A stretch of DNA of 44,638 nt. Source: a virus. Its lineage: Duplodnaviria > Caudoviricetes. The stretch covers positions 1 to 44,638 of the IMG/VR virus record IMGVR_UViG_3300037692_000212. The stretch is one strand, 5' to 3'. The notes beneath the pieces were generated by a model. It had not been told where the DNA came from. It ran no database searches and saw nothing but the letters and a program-made list of their open reading frames with translations. Both the position numbers and the translations under genes were made by a program. This document shows positions 35,349 through 44,594 of this stretch, piece by piece; the first letter of the stretch is position 1; each line of letters starts with the position of its first letter.

Positions 35349-37790
35349 ATGCTCCGATATGAAGCCTGGCCGGTACCCGGCGCCACCCCCTACACAGTCC
35401 GGGTCCGGGACCTGCAACCTGCATCCGCCACCGGGCTACTACCACGTGTGCCATACGGTAACGGTGCCATCGAGGTCGCCAAAAACAAGACCCTCATCGA
35501 CGGCACATTATTGCTCGACGCAATCGCCTACGCCGACCCGACCACCCCAGCCAACGACGTCGCCTCCCTCATCCGTGTCTACCGGCCCGGCGAAACCGAC
35601 GAACAAGCACCCATCCACGAATGGTTGATTGAGGACCCAGTAGCTGAAAGCGACGACGCTGGCACTGTGCGGCTATCCGGCGGCAACATTGAACATATCC
35701 TCGACTACGAGCATGTGGAGGTATGGGACTGGGACGCCTCCGCCACTTTCATATCACGGTTCCCCGACCACGTCTATGGGGGCCGTAACCTGATCCGCAA
35801 CGGAGACCTCGAAGAACCCCAACACCAAAACGAAATCGTCGAACTATGGAACGACCAGGTCGCCGCCTCAACCTTCACCCTCACCTTGGAGAGCGCGACC
35901 ACCGCAGCGATAGCCTTCGACGCCACGCCCGCGCAAGTCGAAACAGCGATCGAAGCGACTGCAGGAGTCACCGACTGTCGCGTTACCGGTGCCGGAACCG
36001 AGGCCGACCCGTGGCGCATCGAATTCGACACCCCATTCATAATCGACCCCAACATGACAGTTACCGACTCAGGTGGCCTAACCTCCACGATCGTCAACAC
36101 CCAGCACGGCAAATACACCACCGAACCATTCACCATCTCCCAAACCGTCGCCGCTGGCGTCAACTGGCTACACGGGGCACTCGAACCTGACCACCCGTTC
36201 ATATCCACTGCGATTGTCCGCAACGGCACCTACTCCATCGGCTTCAACGCCACCGAACAATACGGCGGCATACAAACCATCATCAACGTCACACCCGGCG
36301 GCACCTATCAAGCATCCATGTGGGCACGCACCGCAGACACTGCGGCACTATGGCGGCTCATCATCCGCACCCCCACCGAAGAATTTGTCGCATCCACAAC
36401 CCCATTTGCCGGCACCGCACTAGCAGCCAATACGTGGACCGAGTTTGCGATCAGCGACATCGCTATCCCCGACGGTGTCACCCAAATCGTGATGCGGTTC
36501 GCGTATGTTGGGACGGGCAACCCCGGTGTCGTCTACACCGACGACTGGAGCTTCAACGAAGGGCTCGCCGCCGCGTCCGCCGGGTCGATCCTCACGGACC
36601 TGTACGACGATGCGCAAACCGACCATTCCCCCACCCGGGCCGCGCTCACGTTCATCAACCTCGACTTCGACGGCGCCAACGATTCGGGGGGCAGCTTGTG
36701 GCCCACCTCGTCACTGTCAATCACCATCAAACGGGGCGAAACCTACCTACAGATGATGCGCCAGTTCGAGAAGCTCGGCTATGAATGGAAGCTCACACCT
36801 ACCGCGGCGACACCCGGTGAGTGGGATCTACAAGTCTACGGGCCGGGCGGTCTAGGCACCGACCACACCGGAGCAGACGACCCCGCTATCGTCATCGGAC
36901 AGGGCACACTGCCATCCACCGTCACCAGGCAGAAACCGGCCGCCAACTACCTTATGGCGGAAGGCTACGGCGGGATCACCACCCGCACCGGCAACACCGA
37001 CTCGATCGGGGCTGTTGGACGTCGCACCGCCGCTGTCAAAGACACCCGCTTCACCGACGGGTACGCCCTAACCGAATGGGCCGTGACCCGCCTCGAAAAC
37101 TATCTCGCCGCAGTAGTCGCCCCCCGAATTGTGCTGACCGAACCGAACGCCGCTGACGACTGGCCACGCCCCCTCGACGAATACGCGCCAGGCGACACCA
37201 TCGACTACGTACTCATCGGCACATCAGTATCCCGCCGCATTGAACGCATCAACTACAACCACACCACCGACGATCTGGTGTGGACCGTCGAAGGCGGCAC
37301 CGCCAGCCCATTCATCGGACCCGCCCCGACAGCCGAAAGCGGTGGCGGAATCGCCGGGCATCAACAACTCAACGTGCTCGGCACCGCGGTGCGTGCCATC
37401 CTCGAAGAGTTCCGGTTCAGTGACGACACGGCACCAGTCGACCAGCCGCTCCTATCCGGCGTCGGGAACCTACCCGCCTTTACTGTCCGGGTCGCCGCAT
37501 CTGACGCCAGAGCCGAATCGAAAGCCGCCGCCGATTTTCTCTGTTCCGGCTCAAACGATCAACAGATCATCGACCTGGCATTCGCCATCTGCACCGGCCT
37601 CGGCTTCGGCGACGTGGTCCTCTCCGAAGGCACCTTTTACATCGACACAACATGGACAACCGGATCAGTTGGTAGGCTTCGAGGACTAGGAATCGACCAG
37701 ACGACGCTTCTGATGGAGGCAGTCACAGTCACTCTCAATGTCGACCACGCCGACCTTTCGCTTGTGGAGGTGGACCCGTGCGGTACCTGA
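35349..37790 (+). CDS. Large minor tail protein with carbohydrate-binding-like insert and C-terminal beta-helix cap
   Basis: NLIRNGDLE...GGTYQASMWAR...DDW (CBM-like); C-terminal VAASDA...AADFLCSGSNDQ..I...V.LSEGTF.I. Confidence 0.75.
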   Translation: MLRYEAWPVPGATPYTVRVRDLQPASATGLLPRVPYGNGAIEVAKNKTLIDGTLLLDAIAYADPTTPANDVASLIRVYRPGETDEQAPIHEWLIEDPVAESDDAGTVRLSGGNIEHILDYEHVEVWDWDASATFISRFPDHVYGGRNLIRNGDLEEPQHQNEIVELWNDQVAASTFTLTLESATTAAIAFDATPAQVETAIEATAGVTDCRVTGAGTEADPWRIEFDTPFIIDPNMTVTDSGGLTSTIVNTQHGKYTTEPFTISQTVAAGVNWLHGALEPDHPFISTAIVRNGTYSIGFNATEQYGGIQTIINVTPGGTYQASMWARTADTAALWRLIIRTPTEEFVASTTPFAGTALAANTWTEFAISDIAIPDGVTQIVMRFAYVGTGNPGVVYTDDWSFNEGLAAASAGSILTDLYDDAQTDHSPTRAALTFINLDFDGANDSGGSLWPTSSLSITIKRGETYLQMMRQFEKLGYEWKLTPTAATPGEWDLQVYGPGGLGTDHTGADDPAIVIGQGTLPSTVTRQKPAANYLMAEGYGGITTRTGNTDSIGAVGRRTAAVKDTRFTDGYALTEWAVTRLENYLAAVVAPRIVLTEPNAADDWPRPLDEYAPGDTIDYVLIGTSVSRRIERINYNHTTDDLVWTVEGGTASPFIGPAPTAESGGGIAGHQQLNVLGTAVRAILEEFRFSDDTAPVDQPLLSGVGNLPAFTVRVAASDARAESKAAADFLCSGSNDQQIIDLAFAICTGLGFGDVVLSEGTFYIDTTWTTGSVGRLRGLGIDQTTLLMEAVTVTLNVDHADLSLVEVDPCGT

Positions 37791-38233
37791 TCCTCAACAC
37801 CGGTGACGCCGACGACACGGCCGTCCACGTGCGCGGCCTCGGCGGCGACCCGGTGCTGTGGCGTGGACTACTACCGGACGGCGATCCGCCCCGTTGGGCA
37901 CGTCCCACACTCGCCAACCCGGCGAAACGGTGGGCCATCATCCGCAGCTACCAGGCACTACTCGACTCCGGCAAAGCCGACGATGCGATCGTAATGCAAG
38001 AAGACATACGCTTCGACGAGCCACCCACCGTCAACCGGCATCATCTCACCGTATGGCCCGACCGGTGGCGGGGTGCCCGACATATCTGTCCGCACGCCTT
38101 CTACCTTCCCGCCGCGTTGCGACCCCAACTACGGAACCTGTGGGCCGACGAGAGACGCCCCGTCTGCGAATCGTGGTGGCCACTCACCCGACACGCCACC
38201 ATCCATTCGGGCAAGGTGACACAATGGCGATAA
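37778..38233 (+). CDS. Hypothetical protein, weakly GT25-like
   Basis: YLILN, AIIRSYQALL...AIVMQEDIRF, HAFY; GGAGG RBS. Confidence 0.45.
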   Translation: MRYLILNTGDADDTAVHVRGLGGDPVLWRGLLPDGDPPRWARPTLANPAKRWAIIRSYQALLDSGKADDAIVMQEDIRFDEPPTVNRHHLTVWPDRWRGARHICPHAFYLPAALRPQLRNLWADERRPVCESWWPLTRHATIHSGKVTQWR

Positions 38234-38934
38234 CCATCATCACCAATGGGGCCGCCCGCAACATCGCAATCAACGGACTGGCCTCGAGCTCGTGGACCAT
38301 AAACGGGGAAGCTAAAGACTGCCGATACTCTGGTGGCGGCTTGGTCGACATATCGGGCGACGCCACTACACCAGTCGACGGGCTATATGTTTCAGGTTCC
38401 GGCTCTGGTGTCCTCACCATCTCCGGCTCCGAACAATCGATCAACAACGTCACAGTCTCTACCACTTCGACAGTCACACTCGTGTCGGTCACCGGCTCGG
38501 ACAATCAAATCACCGGATTGCAAATGATCAACACCCGCGCCACCGGCTTGTCTGTTGCCGGGTCACGCAACAAGATCGCCTTCAACCAGCAATCCAATAC
38601 AGTCACCACCAACACCTACGACGCCGTTTCAGTCACCGGGTCTGACAACCGCATCGAGGGTCTAGTCAACTTGGAAGCCTCAAACGCCTACCGCTACGGC
38701 GTCAACGCATCCGGTGACGGGAACTGGACCAATGTCACCGCCGACGATGCCGCAACCGCACATCACACAGACAGCGGCACCGGGAACCGGTTCTTCCACA
38801 CCGGCCAAACCTACACCCCCACAAACGTCACACCGGATCGAAACTACGACGCGGACGCGACGACGTTAGATGAACTCGCCGACGTGCTCGGTACGTTGAT
38901 CGCCGACCTGCAATCGACCGGTATTATCGACTAG
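38224..38934 (+). CDS. Beta-helix tail spike/fibre-like protein
   Basis: Repeated V.VTGSDN.I beta-solenoid pattern; C-terminal LADVLGTLIADL...GII. Confidence 0.65.
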   Translation: MAITIITNGAARNIAINGLASSSWTINGEAKDCRYSGGGLVDISGDATTPVDGLYVSGSGSGVLTISGSEQSINNVTVSTTSTVTLVSVTGSDNQITGLQMINTRATGLSVAGSRNKIAFNQQSNTVTTNTYDAVSVTGSDNRIEGLVNLEASNAYRYGVNASGDGNWTNVTADDAATAHHTDSGTGNRFFHTGQTYTPTNVTPDRNYDADATTLDELADVLGTLIADLQSTGIID

Positions 38935-39157
38935 AGCCAGCCGGGCAAGGCCCGATCTTGTGGTCCCGGGTTGGTAGGCCACACAGTCGGCAACGGATCA
39001 CGCCACATCCGTAATCGTACGGGTCGCCCTCTATCGGCCGGTCGAGACGTCGCCGGATATTGCGCACCGTCGTCGTCTGTAGCCCTGTCGAGGCGACAAC
39101 GGCCCGGACGGTGGCACCGTCGATCAGCATGTCGGCCGCTTGCTGTTTTCGACTCAT
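38924..39157 (-). CDS. Small HTH plus zinc-finger protein
   Basis: GATVRAVVASTGLQTTTVRNIRR; CRLCG...H...C. Confidence 0.65.
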   Translation of the reverse strand: MSRKQQAADMLIDGATVRAVVASTGLQTTTVRNIRRRLDRPIEGDPYDYGCGVIRCRLCGLPTRDHKIGPCPAGSSR

Positions 39158-39179
39158 TACCCGTCACTATACTGGCGTC

Positions 39180-39440
39180 GTGAAGCTGTTTGCTGCCCCA
39201 TCGATACGGCACCGTTGGACCGGCACGACCGCACTGGCGCTCCGGGCCGACACTCTGTGCACCCTCTGCGGCACCGCGTACCGGGACGCACATACCCAGC
39301 CGGCCCTGTTTTATCACGGCGGCTACGGCGAGGCTCAGCGCCTTGACGTCTCCTGGTGTAGCTGCGGCGCACTCAATAGGGTCGATGTCGACCCCGTCAA
39401 CCCGCGGCATCTCGACGCGGTCCTAGTAACATCCCACTGA
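39180..39440 (+). CDS. Small zinc-ribbon protein
   Basis: CTLCG...QPALFYHGGYG...CSCG; TATACT 6 nt before GTG. Confidence 0.6.
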   Translation: MKLFAAPSIRHRWTGTTALALRADTLCTLCGTAYRDAHTQPALFYHGGYGEAQRLDVSWCSCGALNRVDVDPVNPRHLDAVLVTSH

Positions 39441-39793
39441 TGGATATAGCTGCTGTGACAGGTGTGGGAATTGGGGCTGCCCTCGGCGGTGTGGCTGTGC
39501 TACTTACTGCCGCAGCCGGAGCATACGTGCAGGTGCGATCGAACAAGACCATCCAATCGACAGCCCGCGACGTGGAAGAAGTGAAAGCGACGACCCATGA
39601 GATCGACAGGGCGGTCAACGGCAAGATCAAAGGTGCGCAGACGATCGGTGAACAAGTCGACGACTTGCATGGTGAAATCCCGGTGCGACACCTAGAGACT
39701 GTGGACGACAACGACGCCATCCTGCCCCTCGTCCGGGCAATGGCATCCACCATCGAAGCAATCGAAGCCCGCCTATCGAAAGACCAGACATGA
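39440..39793 (+). CDS. Membrane protein of the lysis cassette
   Basis: N-terminal TM helix then coiled segments. Confidence 0.6.
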   Translation: MDIAAVTGVGIGAALGGVAVLLTAAAGAYVQVRSNKTIQSTARDVEEVKATTHEIDRAVNGKIKGAQTIGEQVDDLHGEIPVRHLETVDDNDAILPLVRAMASTIEAIEARLSKDQT

Positions 39794-40149
39794 TCATCCC
39801 TTTCGTCATCGCCGGCGTGGACGTCCAGGCGCTCCTCACAGCCATCGTCCTTGCCGGTGCCGCATTCGGGGTCGTCTGGAAATGGGTGCTCATCCCGATA
39901 CATCGCGCGGCAAAGACAATCGACCGGGCAGCCGAAGCCTCCCCAACTTTGCTAGCCATCTCAGACCAGTTCAAACCGAATCACGGCACCAGCCTACGGG
40001 ACGTCATCGACCGGATCGAGGCGCAGCAAGGTCGACAGGATGAACGGCTAGACCGACAGGATGAGCAGTTGGGGACGATCGAAAACAAGATCGACATATT
40101 CTTGCGGGACCGCCGACCCGGTGGGCAACGATCGACAGACGCCGAATGA
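39790..40149 (+). CDS. Membrane/coiled-coil protein of the lysis cassette
   Basis: TM helix; PNHGTSLRDVIDRIE motif. Confidence 0.65.
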   Translation: MIIPFVIAGVDVQALLTAIVLAGAAFGVVWKWVLIPIHRAAKTIDRAAEASPTLLAISDQFKPNHGTSLRDVIDRIEAQQGRQDERLDRQDEQLGTIENKIDIFLRDRRPGGQRSTDAE

Positions 40150-40160
40150 CAGGAGATGCG

Positions 40161-40319
40161 ATGACACCTCACGAGCTCCCCGCACTCGACAGCGACCCTG
40201 ACCATTGGGGACCCGACCACGATGACCTGACTATCACCGACGACGAGATCGCCGAAGGGAACCGGCAAGGTGCTGAGATTGACACCGACGATGACGACGA
40301 CAACGGTCTATCAAGATGA
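40161..40319 (+). CDS. Small, very acidic protein (52 aa; not in ORF track)
   Basis: AGGAG RBS; MTPHELPALDSDPDHW...DTDDDDDNGLSR*; ATGA overlap with the lysin. Confidence 0.55.
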   Translation: MTPHELPALDSDPDHWGPDHDDLTITDDEIAEGNRQGAEIDTDDDDDNGLSR

Positions 40320-41146
40320 GCTACACGGTCGCACATGCCCGCGTCGGACGGTTCCGTGAAGCCCTCCTCGACCACGGCGTCAAGGCCGTCTCAATCGAAC
40401 TCGTCGAAGGCCGCGGTGGGCAAGGCTGGGACGCACCAACCCACCTCGGCACCATGGGTCACCACATCGCATCCCGCCGCAGCCAAGGCAACACACCATT
40501 CCTCAACCTAGTCAAGGTCGGACGGGCCGACCTCCCCGGCCCGCTGTGCAACGGGTACGGCGGATTCGACGAAGTAGCCCGCATCATCTGCATGGGATGG
40601 GCGAACCATTCCGGAGCCGGTGGCCCCTACACCATCCCGGCCGGTACCGTCCCAGTCAACAATGGGCGACCCTACTTTTTCGGCTGGGAGTTCGAAGGCG
40701 GGATCGTCGAGGCTGATTTCACCGACCCGTACCGGCTGTTCATGGCCCGCTGCCTGGCCGGGACGTTGGATTGGCTGGGCCAACCCGTCGCCGCGCACAT
40801 CGAGCACAAGACGTGGGCACCGACCCGCAAATCGGATAGGCTCGGCTACACTCTGCAGCGAGCCCGACAAGAAATCGAGGACACTATGGCAGACCACAAA
40901 CATGTAGTCGACCCGTCGGCACTGCCTCGCTCTTGGGCCGACACCCCTTGGGCGCAATACTTGGCGGCGGGCGGTTCGACCGTTCCGGCGTCCCGCACTT
41001 ACGAGGCATACCGGGAGGACATCGCGTGGTTCTATGCCAAGTTTGTTGCCCCGCTTGAGAAGCGCGTGGCCGCCCTCGAAGCAACCGACAATGACACGAG
41101 TAGCGGCATCCCCTACGGTGCCACTGTCCGATTGGAGCGAACATGA
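40316..41146 (+). CDS. Endolysin, Amidase_2-type N-acetylmuramoyl-L-alanine amidase
   Basis: GHHIA, GRADLPGPLCN, G.ANHSG.G, GWEFE, HKTWAPTRKSD. Confidence 0.9.
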   Translation: MSYTVAHARVGRFREALLDHGVKAVSIELVEGRGGQGWDAPTHLGTMGHHIASRRSQGNTPFLNLVKVGRADLPGPLCNGYGGFDEVARIICMGWANHSGAGGPYTIPAGTVPVNNGRPYFFGWEFEGGIVEADFTDPYRLFMARCLAGTLDWLGQPVAAHIEHKTWAPTRKSDRLGYTLQRARQEIEDTMADHKHVVDPSALPRSWADTPWAQYLAAGGSTVPASRTYEAYREDIAWFYAKFVAPLEKRVAALEATDNDTSSGIPYGATVRLERT

Positions 41147-41367
41147 CCGACCTCGTAACATCATGGATCAGGACCGTCGTCCCCTCCGTCACCGGCTACG
41201 TGCTCGCACGCTTGCTCGCGGTCGGGATCGACGTCGACGGCGAAGCACTCACCCTCGTACTCACCGGCACCTTCACCGGCGTGTGGTATGCGCTGGTGCG
41301 GCTCGTCGAGTCCCGCTGGCCGTCCGCCGGTTGGCTGCTCGGCCGAGCCAAGACCCCAAGCTACTGA
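41143..41367 (+). CDS. Holin
   Basis: Two TM segments, IRT.VP...WY..VR..E.RWP..GWLLG; directly after the lysin. Confidence 0.8.
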   Translation: MTDLVTSWIRTVVPSVTGYVLARLLAVGIDVDGEALTLVLTGTFTGVWYALVRLVESRWPSAGWLLGRAKTPSY

Positions 41368-41468
41368 GACCGCCGCGCTGGCAGCTCCTCCTAGCTGAGC
41401 TGCTTATCACCGGAACCATCGTGGCCGCTATCGGGTGGTGGCTCATTGCTGTCCTGCCTCACCTGTGA
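41364..41468 (+). CDS. Small membrane peptide (34 aa), probable CTG start
   Basis: CTGA overlap with the holin stop; RPPRWQLLLAELLITGTIVAAIGWWLIAVLPHL*. Confidence 0.4.
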   Translation: MRPPRWQLLLAELLITGTIVAAIGWWLIAVLPHL

Positions 41469-41656
41469 TCGCGCGTCCGCGGCGGATCACACACCTTACA
41501 AACGCGCGACCCGTGACGCAGCTTGGCTCTCAATAGCTCGTCGTCGGTGACGGCGTCGGCCCAACTCCAAGGGATGCGGGCGTGCCGACATGATGCCCGA
41601 TGGATCACGCTACCGTCATGGCTGCGGGCTAGGTTTCTCGCTTCCGTTCCCATCAC
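41459..41656 (-). CDS. Small Ada-like metal-binding protein
   Basis: VIHRASC...RVCKVCDP. Confidence 0.6.
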   Translation of the reverse strand: MMGTEARNLARSHDGSVIHRASCRHARIPWSWADAVTDDELLRAKLRHGSRVCKVCDPPRTRDHR

Positions 41657-41895
41657 TTACCTCCGTCACCTTCCGCATCTGTAAGGTCGGCCGTCGCGGC
41701 AATCCACCGACCCCGCTGTCTTGTGGGCTTCTCCCGCCAATATTCGATCACCTCATCATGATGCACCCCCAGCCACTCGACTACCTCGTCGACTGTCGGC
41801 GCCTGCCCACCCTTGCAGTGCTGCCCGCCGCTGCCGATGATCGTGTGCGGCTCCCACCACAAATGTACACAGGGGACACGGAGACGTTCAGACAT
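41653..41895 (-). CDS. Hypothetical protein
   Basis: GGAG RBS; coupled overlaps. Confidence 0.55.
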   Translation of the reverse strand: MSERLRVPCVHLWWEPHTIIGSGGQHCKGGQAPTVDEVVEWLGVHHDEVIEYWREKPTRQRGRWIAATADLTDAEGDGGK

Positions 41896-42289
41896 CGTCG
41901 GGCTCCGGTCGCAAGACATACGTCCCGCACGTAACACAAGTCTTTCCACGGGGAAAGCCGCGGCTTAGGAGTACGGGTGGGTTGTCTGCCAACCATTGCA
42001 GAGCCTGGTCATGCGCACATGTGGCCCGTGCGGCAAGCTGCGCCCATGTGCAATTTTGGTAGATCGCTACGTCTCGCCAATCCTCACCAGCTTCTTCACC
42101 GTCGGGCTCGATGGACTCGATATAGGCCCTCAATCGGCTCTGATGATCCCACCATTGGTCGATAAGGCGACGATACTCATCAACCAAACTATCGGGGATC
42201 TCTATGCCATAATCCTCGATCATCCCGTCTGGCGGGGTCACCTCAATGTTGTATGACTCCCACTCGTTTTCGGTTATGACTGCTTTCAT
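41888..42289 (-). CDS. Hypothetical protein with C-terminal zinc ribbon
   Basis: GGAG RBS; CAH...CVTCG. Confidence 0.6.
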   Translation of the reverse strand: MKAVITENEWESYNIEVTPPDGMIEDYGIEIPDSLVDEYRRLIDQWWDHQSRLRAYIESIEPDGEEAGEDWRDVAIYQNCTWAQLAARATCAHDQALQWLADNPPVLLSRGFPRGKTCVTCGTYVLRPEPDDV

Positions 42290-42307
42290 CGCATGACTCC
42301 ATTTTCG

Positions 42308-42763
42308 TTATTCATCGCTGCTCCTATCGTCCCACCCCAACACACCCAAACCCGCCACCCACAAACACCCCGCCACGTACGCGACCGGGTCAACGGTACC
42401 CGCCTCAATGTCTACGAGAGCCTCCGAGATCGTCAGAGAGCGGCGCAACCCCGATGATGCGCCATCTGGTGCCACAAGGAGTCTCCGTGCACCATCTGAG
42501 ACGATGTGTGCACCCTGCGCTATCCCGACCGCGCGGGCCGTCAAGATCTCGATTGCACCCGACTCGACTAGATGTGAGGCGTCCTCTTTGCGGCCTGTCA
42601 CCTTCCAGTGCTCCGCAGCCGCATCCGGGGTGGGTGGGTCGGTGAGCAACATGCGGGCACCCCGCCGTAGTTGACCGGCGAGGGACGACTCGACCTCCGA
42701 CCCGATCGTGCGCAACCCGTCGTAGATGTCGTCTGGGAGGGTCACCGTCACACGCTTAGCCAT
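42308..42763 (-). CDS. Ribbon-helix-helix domain protein
   Basis: MAKRVTVTLPDDIYDGLR...SSLAGQLRRG. Confidence 0.7.
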   Translation of the reverse strand: MAKRVTVTLPDDIYDGLRTIGSEVESSLAGQLRRGARMLLTDPPTPDAAAEHWKVTGRKEDASHLVESGAIEILTARAVGIAQGAHIVSDGARRLLVAPDGASSGLRRSLTISEALVDIEAGTVDPVAYVAGCLWVAGLGVLGWDDRSSDE

Positions 42764-42772
42764 TGCCGTTCC

Positions 42773-42943
42773 TCACGGCGTGAACTCCAGCAACCGGTCG
42801 ATAGCTTCCCACAGAGTCGGCCACTCGGCCCGATGCTTCCGCAACACCCGGCGATGAAACTCGGGGTGCGGTCCCGGGTCCTCCACCGCGGCACGTATCT
42901 GCTTAGCGGCCGCCACCAACTCGGCAGGATGATCACTTTGCAT
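42773..42943 (-). CDS. Hypothetical protein
   Basis: GGAGG RBS; G.HPEFH...HRAEWPTLWEAIDRL. Confidence 0.55.
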   Translation of the reverse strand: MQSDHPAELVAAAKQIRAAVEDPGPHPEFHRRVLRKHRAEWPTLWEAIDRLLEFTP

Positions 42944-43583
42944 CGTCGCCTCCGTCGCTCTCCACGGCAAACATGTCTCTGGCCGCAGCAATCACCTTGT
43001 CACGTGCTGCCCGTGACTGCACCTCAGCAACGCCGGCCTTCTCGAGTACGAGTGGCCAAGCGGTCGCAGCCTCCTCGATGTCGTTGCCAACCAGGCGAAA
43101 CACCTCTTCTTTCGCTGCGTTCTCGTAATGCGCCTGCGGCGAAACCGGGTCTTTTGCAGCCTCTTTGGTGGAGCTCTCTTGAGCGGCCCGGCCGTCGTCG
43201 TCCTCATCCGGCGCCAAACCCAACGCTGCAACCAGGGCATAGCGGCGCGCATAGGTGATTGCCGACCCGATCGTCTGGGCGCCACCGCCACCGGGGATCA
43301 CAAGCGGTCCGTAGCGGCGCTGCTCACCACTGTCATGGTCGATGATCGTGACCACTGCCGGGTCACCCCGGTCGCTCATCGTCACGTCCTGGGTGGCAAT
43401 AAACCCGTGCTTCGCCATCACCGGCTTGACGACTTCGAGTATCCCGGGCAGATTCGCATATGCGTAGCTGTAGCGGCCCCCCGTCTTGGTTGGTACGTCG
43501 GCTTTCTCGGTGGCGTGAATGTTGGGCAACGCCGCCAGCATCTCGACCCACGCTTTAGCTGACTTCTCGAACTCGGCCATCAT
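42933..43583 (-). CDS. erf: ERF-family single-strand annealing protein
   Basis: YSYAYANL..I...VKPVM.KHG, AQTIGSAITYARRYALVAALGLAPDEDDDG. Confidence 0.93.
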   Translation of the reverse strand: MMAEFEKSAKAWVEMLAALPNIHATEKADVPTKTGGRYSYAYANLPGILEVVKPVMAKHGFIATQDVTMSDRGDPAVVTIIDHDSGEQRRYGPLVIPGGGGAQTIGSAITYARRYALVAALGLAPDEDDDGRAAQESSTKEAAKDPVSPQAHYENAAKEEVFRLVGNDIEEAATAWPLVLEKAGVAEVQSRAARDKVIAAARDMFAVESDGGDDAK

Positions 43584-44146
43584 CCCTCCCCATCGTCGTC
43601 AGGCGGCGGCTCCGGTAGCGGCTCAACCTCGAGGTCCGGTTTCGGGTCGATGGGGACCCGCTTCACCCCGGCCTCCTTGCGGACCTCGCCGACCATCGGG
43701 GCAGCGGTGCCGTCGTCGTCTGTGACTTCCACATATGCTTTGTGCAACGGCACATTCAGGCGGGACAGGAACTTGTTCAGGTCCGTCCATCGCCATGTCC
43801 AACGCACCGCATCGGCCCGGCGGGCCTCCAGCAACACTTGCCACGCGTCCCACTCGGTGACCCGCTGGATCGCGACCAGAATCGCAGGCGTGTTGAAACT
43901 CCGCTCGATCTTGTACTGCGGCACAAGCTCATATTCACGGCCCCGTACTGTCGGTGGCTCACCACGAGTCTTCGACTCGACTGGTGGCAACTCGTAGGCG
44001 ATGCGTTCCCACCTGCGGCGTGTGTCGGCCAACAGCACCTCCATTTCGCGCATCGCCCCGACTGTGTCTGCCAGCTCATCGTCGGTCGGTGGCTCGTGGA
44101 TCACCGCCAGGGCCGCTGCCTTCAACGCCGCTAACCGTTCTGTCAT
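43580..44146 (-). CDS. Hypothetical protein (start uncertain)
   Basis: Long ORF coupled to erf. Confidence 0.6.
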   Translation of the reverse strand: MTERLAALKAAALAVIHEPPTDDELADTVGAMREMEVLLADTRRRWERIAYELPPVESKTRGEPPTVRGREYELVPQYKIERSFNTPAILVAIQRVTEWDAWQVLLEARRADAVRWTWRWTDLNKFLSRLNVPLHKAYVEVTDDDGTAAPMVGEVRKEAGVKRVPIDPKPDLEVEPLPEPPPDDDGEG

Positions 44147-44154
44147 TGTCCCTA

Positions 44155-44298
44155 TCATCGGCAAAGTTCTCCTGTCTCGATCTCGATGCCACAATCGGCG
44201 CATACCAGCACCCACCGTTGCAAATCCTCCGACACCTGCTCGACTATCAGCGCGAACCGTTCACAGGCAGGACACAGGTCGGCGAGGTCTACGGTCAT
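44155..44298 (-). CDS. Small zinc-ribbon protein
   Basis: CPAC...CADCG; ATGA overlap. Confidence 0.55.
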   Translation of the reverse strand: MTVDLADLCPACERFALIVEQVSEDLQRWVLVCADCGIEIETGELCR

Positions 44299-44513
44299 TT
44301 CCACACCTTGCCTTTCGGGTCCCACCGGAGAACAGTCCCATCCGGTGTCATCTTCCCCGCTGCGATGCCCCATTCGACGATCACGGCCCGGTCCCACACT
44401 GGCCCGGACGTGTGCGCTGGTTCCGGCAGCAGGCCCCGGTAGCGCCACATGCGGGCCGCCGCGTCCGACACCCCGAACATGGCAGCGATCTGTTTCAGGT
44501 CGATAAGATCCAC
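44295..44513 (-). CDS. AlpA/MerR-type HTH DNA-binding protein
   Basis: LIDLKQIAAMFGVSDAAARMWRYRGLLPEP...PVW; GGAGGAG before GTG. Confidence 0.82.
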   Translation of the reverse strand: MDLIDLKQIAAMFGVSDAAARMWRYRGLLPEPAHTSGPVWDRAVIVEWGIAAGKMTPDGTVLRWDPKGKVWK

Positions 44514-44594
44514 GTTGTCTCCTCCGAATTCCGGGTTGCAGCCCCTATCCCGCTGTGTTACCGTCACTCTACACAAGCGAGTAGGGGAGAGCAA

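Noticed and set aside
28514-38934. Diversity-generating retroelement acting on tail or fibre genes
   Set aside because: No reverse transcriptase and no adenine-specific TR/VR pair seen.
44295-44513. Excisionase implying an integrative lifestyle
   Set aside because: The fold is shared with general AlpA/MerR-type regulators and no recombinase is present in the window.
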